In this document: positions 14,633-28,730 of the stretch, piece after piece
Numbering within the stretch: position 1 is the first letter of the stretch
Layout: each line of letters starts with the position of its first letter
DNA from: the human T2T-CHM13v2.0 reference genome, Homo sapiens
NCBI RefSeq assembly: GCF_009914755.1
Contig: NC_060927.1
DNA length: 64,000 bases
Strand: one strand, 5' to 3'
Made by a program: the position numbers and the translations under genes
The notes under the pieces: model-generated
What the model was told of the DNA's origin: nothing
The model's database searches: none
Seen by the model: the letters and a program-made list of their open reading frames with translations, nothing else

Positions 14633-14933
14633 GGCCGGGCGCGGTGACTCATGCCTGTAATTCCAGCACTTTGGGAGGCCGAGGCGGGTGGATCACGAGG
14701 AGAGGAGTTTGAGACCAGCCTGACCAACATGGTGAAACCCCGTCTCTACTAAAAATACAAAAATTAGCTGAGCGTGATAGTGTGCACCTGTAATCCCAGC
14801 TACTCAGGAGGCTGAGGCAGGAGAATCGCTTGAACCCGGGAGGTGGAGGGTTGCAGTGAGCTAAGATCGCGCCATTGCACTGTGGCCTGGGCGACAGAGT
14901 GAGACTCCATCTCAAAAAAAAAAAAAAAAAAAA
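14633..14933 (+). mobile_element. Alu (AluS)
   Basis: Full dimer, A tail, TSD aatagaacttgt. Confidence 0.94.
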
Positions 14934-15665
14934 TAGAACTTGTAGAGTTCACTTAGCCTCCCAGAGTCTCAGTTTCCAAATCAAGAAAAGCAGGTGCTTT
15001 ACTTTGTGTCCAGGATTACATCTGACACGGCCTTGAAAACCACAAAACACTATGAAAATGTGCCCCCCTCTGTCCCCCACACACAAGGTGGCATTTTTTT
15101 TTGACATGCATGTGTTAATCTTTTCTACAGAGACATTTCACGTAGGACCCAAAAGACGCGGTAATAACCATCTATCATAAGGAAGCTGATCTCCAGAGCC
15201 TACCTCTGCTATTTATGCTGTCGTATCTCATTTGAATCTTTCCCAAGTCTCCCGCCTTCTTCTGACCTTGAGATGTGCCCTCATCTCCTTTACAGACTTT
15301 ATATTGAGAAGGGCCTTAATTAAATTTTCAGTCATGCCCCTGCACTGGTTTCCTTCTTTAAGTCCTTTATGTTAAATTACTGCAGTTGTAGTTTTCTCAG
15401 TGCTGAGGCCAGAGGGCAAAACAGTCTCTTTATAGAAGGGGCCCAGTGTCAAAATGCATGTGCCCATGTTTTTAAAGTACTATGGCAACTAATCCCTCTC
15501 GGTGTTATTTATCCCCATTGAGCCTCAGAATTATTTGTCATTCACCAACTCTTCTAGTTCTTTCTCCTCGTTTTCAAATGTCTGAAGGATTATTTTGGTT
15601 GTTGGCCATCTCTTCATTTGCCCTTTTCAAAGACTGAAGAATAACGCAGCCATATATGGGAAAAG

Positions 15666-15666
<1 letters not shown>

Positions 15667-15710
<44 letters not shown>
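15667..15710. repeat. (TG)22 microsatellite
   Basis: Uninterrupted TG run. Confidence 0.97.
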
Positions 15711-15713
<3 letters not shown>

Positions 15714-16926
15714 ACTTGCTTACATTGTTTCAAGTTTCAAGCCTTTATTTTTAGCTACTTTCTAAGAAAGAAAGTGGAGAAAGAACTTTAAAAATTAATC
15801 AGGGTTGTGTGGTCCCCATGTATAGGCTTTAAACAACTTTTTTCCCCCTAAGTGGAGTGAGTCCATTTATGCAACCATGTTTTGATTAGGGGACCATCGT
15901 TTCCACGTTTCCACAAAAACACTGGGCTGTGTTGCAATGCCCTGTTGCAAACTCAGCACTTCCCTCCTCCTCTTCCTGGCTCCTAGAGACAAATGATTTC
16001 CTGTTGGAGAGGAACTTGGTAAACTCCTTTGTGTACTTTGTATGCAAAGAAGACCAGTGAAGTTTACTGGGCTCATTTTTCTCAGTTCCCAAGAGGAGAA
16101 GTTTTATTAATTGGCCCCTGTGGAAGAGATGTAGTAGAAAAGTGATAGTCCTTGGACTGAGAATCACAAGGCCCCCCACCAGCAACTCATTGTGTAATTT
16201 GGAGAAAGTTCCTTAACTTTTCCTGTGCTCTCTGGGTCTCTGCTCTCCTCTGTGTCAGACCTAGGAGGCCTGAGGATTACTTAGTTGTTCTGTCTCTGGG
16301 TCCACAGGCAGAATTTGGCCCATCCAAAGACTGGCCAAGTGCCAAAAAAAGGCCTGATTAGGCCCTGAAATTCAGTGAAATTCTGCCTGAAGAAACCTCT
16401 TATTGAATTTGAAAACCATAAACCATTTCAGGTGAGCTTATGGGTTTGTTTTGGGTTTTTTTTTTTTTTTTTAAGTCTCTGGCCCAATGTACGTGGATTA
16501 GATTCTGCAAGCAGGCAGCAGTAAGTATAAGCTAATTTCTGTCTATAAAAAGAATGATTAAAAAAAATCATTTTGTTGATGTGTGGAATAGAGATTATCA
16601 CACACATCATTAAGTGGTAATGTGATGAATGATCACAAAACGAACAGTCTTATACCCAGCACACAGATCAGAACAAAGTAACTATCAAGCACCTTCAATG
16701 CCCCCCTCATGCCTCTTCGGATTATTATTGCATCCTTCCTATAGAGAGGTAAGCACCTCTTGATTATCAGCACCATGGGAGATGTTTGTCTGATTTTGAA
16801 CTTCTGTAAATGAAATCATATAGTATATACTCTTTGGAATCTGTTGTCTTTTGTAGAGGGAACTTTTTCATTATAAATCTTATAGTAGTGTTGTTCCTTC
16901 TTCCCATCAACAGTGTTCTTTTACTT

Positions 16927-16973
16927 AAAAAAAAAAAAAAAAAAAAAAAGAAGAAGAAGAAGAAGGAAAGAAA
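16927..16973. repeat. Poly(A) grading into (AAG)n
   Basis: A run followed by gaagaagaagaagaagg; no Alu body upstream. Confidence 0.9.
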
Positions 16974-17206
16974 CACTGCTTTTTCCCTCCCGGCTGGTGG
17001 CTGAGCTCTGCAAGGCCAGATCCTTTTTCTGGTTCTTTGGTAGGAGGCACAGTTCAGGATTTATAAAATGTACAGGCCACTCTTGATATCTCCAGGAAGT
17101 TGGTTTGCCGGCTGGCAAGAGATCCTGGATGTGACAGAAATTAACAGCCTGTTGGCCTGCTAATTCTTTGGCTGTACCTCCTCAAAGGATGATAATGAGG
17201 TGACAA

Positions 17207-17449
17207 GGCTAGGCACAGTGGCTCACCCCTGTAATCCCAGCACTTTGGGAGGCTGAGGTGGGAGAATTGCTTGAGCCCAGGGGTTCAAGACCAGCCTGAG
17301 TAACATAGGGAGACCCCGTCTCTACAAAAAATTAGCCAGGTGTGGTGGCACGCACCTGTGGGAGTTTGAGGCTGCAGTGAGCCAGTATCACACTACTGCA
17401 TTCCAGCCTGGGTAAGAGAGGGAGTCCCTGTCTCAAAAAAAAAAAAAAA
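17207..17449 (+). mobile_element. Alu (AluJ-like) with internal right-arm deletion
   Basis: cgcacctgt is joined directly to gggagtttgaggctgcagtgag; A tail present. Confidence 0.88.
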
Positions 17450-20400
17450 GGAATCAAGGTGACGCTACAACAGTTGTCCAAACACCAAGGTAATTGATGG
17501 GGCATTCCTGCTTTATCCCACTTGTGGACCAAGCAGTTCACATCTTTTGTCTTTAGGTGAATGAACTCTTGGTTCTAAAGTACTGATAAAAAAAGACCCT
17601 GAATGTGTATATGCCATTCTTCTGAGCTTGGAATTGCCAACCCCAGGGTTTTCTCAGCTTCATGAATTCTTTTAGCTTCAGAAAAGTAATACAAAGCCAA
17701 AACTAGGGCAGGACCCTGGGAGGGACCTGGCCTGGGAAAACTCTAATTGAGTCACATGCTGAGGTGGAGCTGGGATCTCTAGCCATATCTCGGGATATTT
17801 GGCCTTTCTGCACAGGCTGTGTCCCCCAAATCCTCAAGCCTTTAGATTTTGAAAAAATCTCTTTACTGTGTTCAGAAATACTTATCTCAGTGTGCTCCTA
17901 GGGACATGGACAGATGGACTGCTGAGGAGGGAAATCTTAGCAGATAAGCAATAAGAGCATATTTCCTGAGATGCAGCCCAGGAAAGGAGCCTCCTTTACC
18001 CCTCTGGTTCTAAACCTCTCTGGTTGATGATGATGGATATAGCAGAAAAAATGGGCAGGCCTCATGTTTCACTATATCAAGTGCTATCGTTTGTGACCTG
18101 TTCATCTTATTTCCCTCCCTCCAGCCATCCCCTCAACAGGTAATCTGACTCTGCCAAGTGCCAAGCACTATGAAGTTCAGGGAAGTTAAGTAACTGGCAC
18201 AAGATCACCCAGTGTTGAGTTCCATTTGCGTTTGGGGTAATCTAAGGTGATGGATGTATCCCAAGCCATTTGGATGTAGTAGAGTCTGGTTCCAGTGGGG
18301 AGGCCTCTGAATACAAGGAAGGATCCGGGTATAGGTCTAACAATGTCTGGGCTTCCTCTGTGAGGTCCCAGAAGAAGAGTCAAGATTGCTGTTTCCCTGG
18401 AGGATAAATTATAATGTCAGCGTTCAGAAGCATCTCAGATTGCATCTCTTGTCCCAGGAGGAGTTGGGCCTAACCTTACAGGTTGAAGGATGTCACTTTG
18501 CCCCATGAGTTTTACCCACTGGATGAGGCTGTCCTGTTTAGGAGGTGCGTGTTTAGGAAGGCAGCCTGAAGGTTTTGTGATCATACAGATCTGATTAGAA
18601 CCCCAGCTTTGTCTGTTAATTTCACATTCAGTATCTCATTTTACAAAACCAGTTGGGGCAGCTCTTAGCACTTGTCCCTGTTTGACCTTGGGCACGTTAC
18701 GTATCTTCTCTGAACCTCATGTTTTATATCTGTAAAATGGGGATAATATAATAAGCTCTTGGAATTCATGGATGGATTAAGTCACACGTACTAAGCATTA
18801 GCACAGTTCTGGGCACATAAGAGACCCTTGTAAATATCGGTTTCATCTTTCACTTTTAATTAAAATGGAAACTTATCCACTCTCCTAAAAAGGAATTTAT
18901 AAAGACTCTCATAAAGCTCTGAAAGCAATGAGTAGAGAGGGAGTGGTTGGGAAGATTTGCTCCATTCTGCAGTGTTTTTCTAAGGATAACACTGGCTCAT
19001 GTCCAGCTTAGTTTTTCTGCCCCCTTGGTGACTCTAGCTTAATAGCGAGAGTTGGGTCAGTGGTGGGAGCTGAAGCTCTTAGCTGAAACAAAGACCATTC
19101 TGGTGTGCTTAGGGTTTTGCAATTGCTACACTCTCCATTTTGGCATTGAACTTGATTAAGACTCTTTTCAGCATCCAAGATCGATCTGGAGTTTGGAGTT
19201 AGTTTTTATTTATGCGAACTCCAAGCTTTAGAAATATTGCCAGGCCTGCTGGAAGCTAGTGTGAAGTTAAAGCAGCAAGTTCCAGTTGTGGCTGCAACTG
19301 TGCTTTCTCAGAATGGCTGTTTGTTGCTGGGCATTGGATCTTAGCCTCCCATCGAGGCCTGGGTCTGAAGCTAATTTTACTCAGCTTAGGTGAAAACACC
19401 ACCAGGGGTGGGTGGCCCAGAAAGAAAGAGGAACCTTTCTATTCTTGATCTATTTATTTTGTGGCCAACTGGGCATAATTGACTAAAGATAATTGAATCC
19501 ACCTGATAGGTGTTAAGCCCTCTAGGTGTTGAGTTTTTGTTTGGGAGTTTTGTTTTTTTTTTAATTCCTCTAGCCTCTTTCTTCCTTTCTACCTCTTTGC
19601 TTTTCAGCTTTATTCCTCAGGCTTTAGAGCCAGAAAGAACAAAATTCAGATTCCTGGCTTTGCCACTTGGTAGCTGTGGACCCTTGGGCAAGCCATGTCA
19701 CTTTCCTGAGCCTCCTATGTTCCTATTTGGAGATCTGTGCCACAAGATGGTAGTGAGGCCAAAATGAGATGCAATGTATGAAAACACCCAGGAGCCCTGA
19801 ACACAGGCATGGAATTCAGTAAATTTCAGTGCTCTCCTCCCTGCATTCTCTGGGGTATCATTTTCCACATTATTCAAGGACATGCCTTCCTGCCTGGCTT
19901 CTAGGATTAGGAGGGAACATTTGTTTATTTGAAAGGGAAAAGGAAGAGAAGTAAGTGCTTTAGCAGGGGGACGTAGGACAGGCAGAAACAATGGCTGGGA
20001 AAGGTGCTCAGCGAGTTTGAGGAAGGGAAAGGCCAGTTTACCTGCGAGACAGCGAGTAAAGGGGCACAGCGGAGAAGGCAGGAATGCAGGGGCCATTGGA
20101 AATGGCTGGACCTTCAACCCGGGGCCCTGGGAGGCCGTTGAACGCTGAGGTGTGATATGAGTAGATTTGGTTGCTGCATGGAGAATAGACTGGAGGTGAT
20201 ACGAGTGGCTCTGGGAATAGGATTTGAGTCGTTTGGTCTTAAATCAGAAGACAGCCTAATCCAGGGATTCCCATACCTGGCCTTCCATCAGAATCACCTA
20301 AGGAGCCATTTCAAAATACCCATTTCCCAGCCCATCCCAGAGCCACTGAGCGAAAACCTCCAGGGACATTAGGCATTTGAGAACCACTGCTTCTGTCCAT

Positions 20401-21498
20401 GAAAACATGGCTTCTTGATAGCATCACCTGGGACAAAGTACTTAAGTCCTTAAGGTAGCACACCAAATCCTGCTTTTTGAATTTTGTGCTTCCACCAACA
20501 CTAGTTGTGTTTCTAAAAGACCCTTGGCACCTTGTTCCCAGTGCACATCTGCAGCCCCAACAGGTGTTCCTGCCTGAGAGCCTTTGGAAGCTAATTAGAC
20601 ACGCACAGGGGTGCCTAATGAATTCCTGCCGGACCACACGCTGTCCAGCTGCGAACAGCCCGGGAGCGAGGCCAAACAACCATATAAAGCGAGGCCAAAC
20701 GACCTATTCTGATGCTTTTTGCATGCTGTCTGCCGTGTTTTCATTCCCCACGGTGAGGACGGTGTGTCCTGTCTCCTAAGGCCCTGTGAGCCAAGCTCAG
20801 CTACAACCTGGTGCCCCACATCTGACAACAGGGATTTCCACTCAAAGTGCTTGGCCCTTTTGGGCCTGGGGGTGATGAGTGGGACTGGAGCCAAGAAACC
20901 ACAGGTAATTGGGATTCTTCTAGGCTCTGTGATTCCCAGGTGGGTTTTTTAATATTCAGGGAGTAGCAAAGATACAAATATTGTAGAGCTAGTTTAGGCG
21001 TACAATTTTTTTTTTCTAGACGTTTCTATGGAACACTAATGTTGGTGATTATTTTGCAGGGAGAGGGAATGGAGGTAACAGGGACTTAGGGTTTTCATTT
21101 CGTACTTTTCTGCAGTGTTTTGAAAAATTAAGATTATAAGCCTTTTTTAAAATCACCTTTTTCAAGACATAACTGATATATAGTAAAATGAACCCATTTT
21201 AGTATGATTTGACAAGTGTATACACTCACATAACTATCACTTCCACAAATGAGATACAGAATTTTTCTGTCACCCCAAAAAGCTCCTTTGTGCCTTCTCC
21301 CAGTTCATCTCCCCACCCTCAGTCCCAGGCAACCACCAACCCAATTTCTATATGGACCATTTTTATTTTTTCTGTATATTTTACTGTACTAAGGGAAAAA
21401 AAATGTAATGGAAATCTTAAAATGTTCAGAGGGAGGCAAGGTTTGGTCACTCTGAGGAATCCCTCTTACTAGCTACAAAGTTGGTAGGTAAGGGCTGG

Positions 21499-21555
21499 GT
21501 GTGTGTGTGTGTGCGCGCGTGTGCGTGCGTGCGTGTGCGTGTGTGTGTGTGTGTG
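21499..21555. repeat. Mixed (GT)n/(GC)n/(GCGT)n alternating purine-pyrimidine tract
   Basis: About 57 bp of uninterrupted purine-pyrimidine alternation; Z-DNA-prone and UG-rich in the pre-mRNA. Confidence 0.95.
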
Positions 21556-22789
21556 AAATCGGCCATGTTTTCCCCTTGTGGGGAGAGGGGAGAATGAGAA
21601 AACAATATTCAGGTGAGGCTGTTTAAAAGAAAGTTAAATGTTTAGATAATTTTTTAAAAAATAGGAAAATGGAAGTAAATATGTCATGGGAGTATGGGTT
21701 ATTGTTTTGTTTGTTTTGTCATGTGTTTATCGTTTTTATTACAGAAAGAGTTAACTTTTTTTTTGAAAAGCTGTTTAATGCTTACCCTACTATAAGGAGA
21801 AACTGACAACAAATAGGAGAACAAGAGTTGAGAGTAAGCTGTGTGAGACTTACGTTATGACTAACTCCAAAAGGTAGAAAATTTACTTTCAGCAAGAGGC
21901 TTTAGTTTCCTGTGTGGATGGCAAAACACCTTTGATATCACTTTATAAAGCCTTTTAATTTAAATGTTAATTTAACATGAACTAAATTAGGTGGTGTGGT
22001 GGTACTATTTTTAGAAAATGCGCAAAGAATTAGAGGCTTGCTAAGTGCTTCCATCCGTTTTCTGACAGCTAACAGGTGATGCTGAGTGGTACAGAGCAAA
22101 CCACGGGAGGGTGTAACTAAGGTTAGTAACAAAGCATCCTGTTTCCCTTGCTTGCCTGATGGGAACCACCTGGAGCTCTTGTTAAACCTGCAGATTCTCA
22201 GGCCTTTCCCCAGACCTTTTGAATCAAGTTCCAGGGGCTTCTTCTGATGAGGCAAGTTTAGAAAAACACTGAGCAACACTTTGCTTTATAGACTTTGCAC
22301 ACTTCTAAGTAGGAAGGTCACGGTGAATTTTTCTCCACCCAAGCAAAGGACAAATCTTTTTAACTTCTTTGGGAGTGGCGGCCTGGCCTCTCTCAATAGG
22401 TATGTGTATATTTATTAGGACCTTTGCATAAGGTACTTGGATTTTAGATTGCTCTGGGGTTTCTATGCATATGTAAGTAAGGTGCAACTTCTGCTCTTTA
22501 AATTTTATGCAGTTCTTATAAGATTGAGGAAGTGCAATGCAGAGCATATGAATGGTGGCAAGTCAGAGTTTTTCTTGTGGTTTGTGTGGGACCTATTTTC
22601 TCTGTATAGTCCAGATTTGAATAATTTTGTAAGCTTTGGGTTTTTGTTTACTTGTTTATTCATTTCATAATTTATTGTCTTACGAGCAAATCACTGTGCT
22701 ATGAGTAAATACAAGTAAATACAAGTAGCTCAGCCTGTGTCTTGTCCTCTAAAAGCAAGAAAGATAAAAACATTTCTTAATTATAGTAT

Positions 22790-25022
<2,233 letters not shown>

Positions 25023-25223
25023 CCCGTTATGAATTTTAAACTCCAAAACTATTCCTCAAGGTATTTTGGGCATAAAGATCAAAAGGATTTCAGAGGGTAG
25101 AGATACTATTTCTAGATTGGGTAGTAGATTGAGAATTTGTGAATGAGGTGTGTTTGAGCTGAGTGGTTTTTAAGGAAGGTGAACACTTAGATATGTAGCT
25201 GTCACCAAAAGGAAGAGTTTTGA

Positions 25224-25739
<516 letters not shown>

Positions 25740-26704
25740 TAGGGAGTGGGTAAAAAATGACAGGCCTCAGAGCTGTGTATTAGGAAAACTGACAGCTGAG
25801 CCTTTGCATTAGCTAGAAGGGAGGGAGCCCACCTGTGGAAGTACCCCCTTAGGAGTCTCTTGCAGTCGGTTGAGAAGAAGGGTTTCCTGTCTTGAATTAT
25901 CTAAAACTGGAATTATTTTGGTTAAATTGTGGGCCTTCTGATACAAACTTGGTGAATTTGAAAGTCCTCACACACATATTATTCTACTTCATTTTCTGGG
26001 AAAATAAATCTGTTTCCTAGTAAAGAACTGTCTGGGCCTGCTGAACGGTGGTGTGTGGACCCTCATTCAACCAATCCCGTGCACGGCATCTTCTTTTTCT
26101 TCTATTCCTCGCCACCTGTGGTGGTGTTGTTGTTTTTCTTCTCTATTTCCTCTCTCCCTTTCTACCCCAACTGGATCTACTTTCTCCCTGTCCCTCAGCT
26201 TTACCTGCCCACCTCCAATGATAAGACAGTATCAGAGAAAATTACCAGTATTTGTGCAACATAAAGTAAGTTTGATGAAAACCATATTAGAGAAAACAGC
26301 ATGCAGAAACCTTTCCATGAAACATAGATGGACACATGACTTGTAGGCTGTGTTAAAAAACTTTAATGGAAAAATATGCTAAATGTGATGAAGTTCTTTT
26401 CTAAGTAAACTTAATATAAAAGTAATTGGGGTATAGAGGAGACTCACTGTGAGTATTCTCAAGCCTGTAACTTCCAGAGCTCGTGAAGATTTCAGCATTC
26501 CCATTTGTGACTTGCTATTAAACTCTTTTCTGCTATTTTGATGTCTCCTATTTTGACGTCCTGAATAGCAAACTTATGACCCTGATTATGCCTCAGGTCA
26601 TGGATTATGAAATGGTTACCACATTCCTGAGATGTTAGGAACTAAAAGGTTGTCATATTTTCATATGTTTATGATGAGGCTATCTAACTTATACCAGTTA
26701 CCAA

Positions 26705-27481
<777 letters not shown>

Positions 27482-28649
27482 TTATCCAAAACTCAAAAGA
27501 AGCCTTTTTCTTTAAATAGTTTGTCAAATTGTTTGTTTTTCGGGGGGTGGGGGATTTGAGGGAGAGGGCATGGTGTTAATAGGATGGCTAAACGGTGGTG
27601 GATCGGGTCTTCTGTTCTGTTCAAGTGAGAGTGTTAAAGTTGTGAGAAGACCTAGTGTTGAAGACAAACGCTGTGGTATTCTGAGAGGGAGGGAAGCAGA
27701 GAAGCTCAGGCCGGGGGCAGGTTCACATCAGGAGGTCCATTTTTGAGTCTTGGCTCCATTACTTACTGTTTACCTGAGCCAAGTTGCCATTCTTCCTGAG
27801 CCTGAGGTTTTTCAACATAAAATGGGGAATTTGAAAGGTCAAATAAATTAATTCATAATATTTGTGTTGTCTGGTTTATTATAAACGTTGAGTCCTATGG
27901 AGAGTTTAGAGATGTTACCATTCATATTTTTATGATATATAGAACAGCTTAAAGCTCCCCCTTTGGTGTAAGTATAGTATATAGAGGTATAATGTTCTGA
28001 ATAAATTACTTCAGTTATAGTTTGTGAAACCTGATTATAGCTGATACTCTGGAAATGTAACTCAGTTGTAGTCCAGAATTTTATGCTCAAGGTGGTGCTG
28101 TTTCCCCATAAATCTGATGATGTTTTACATTTTATCTCTATCTGTTCCAAATCAAGCAAATAACTGGATATATGTCTAGGGCCATTTCGGCCTTCCACAG
28201 TCCCCCAAGCCATCTTTCCTTGTGAGACCCCACCCAAAATCATGTCATAGAAATGTGTATTTACCCCATATTCACTAGAACACATGTGGGAGCTTAAGAG
28301 TTGAGTATACCAGTGGACCTGTTCAACATTTTGGAAGACATTTGTTAAAAAATACTTTAGATACTACAGCTTGCTTTTTGTATTTTAGAGTCAGTTTGTT
28401 TTTAGGTCAGAAATATTTGAAAAGCTTGTAAGCCCTGGCTCCTAATGGAATAAAGGACCTAATATAGTTCTTCTGCAAACTGATTACGTTACAAGGGAAA
28501 ATACTCATTTCGAACTTATTTTTGCTCATAATCTCTTTCCGGGCCGCCATATTAATCATTTCCTACTTGTTGTCAGAAACCAGACGTGCATTTCATAGAT
28601 GTGGTCGTTGTGTGTTTGATGTGAATTGTTTTGTTTTGTTTGTTTTTAG

Positions 28650-28730
28650 ATCCGGGGATTTCTTTCACGGTTTGATAATGTCCTTCCCGTCAGCCTGGCA
28701 TTTGACAAATGTACAGCTTGTTCTTCCAAA
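28650..28730 (+). CDS. ATG7: ATG7 internal coding exon (81 nt, phase 0-0; approx. aa 626-652, second CxxC zinc pair CTAC); cassette exon absent from the known short isoform
   Basis: Translates [27 protein letters not shown]. Acceptor ttgtttttag|, donor AAA|gtaagt. Not in the ORF track in this frame. Confidence 0.96.

Noticed and set aside
15987-16018. 32-nt micro-exon between ctcctag| and TTG|gtaaac
   Set aside because: Weak donor and very short; such pairs occur often by chance.
16305-16389. tRNA gene or tRNA pseudogene
   Set aside because: Cloverleaf-like pairing but no A/B box or T-loop consensus and wrong arm lengths; kept only as a structure finding.
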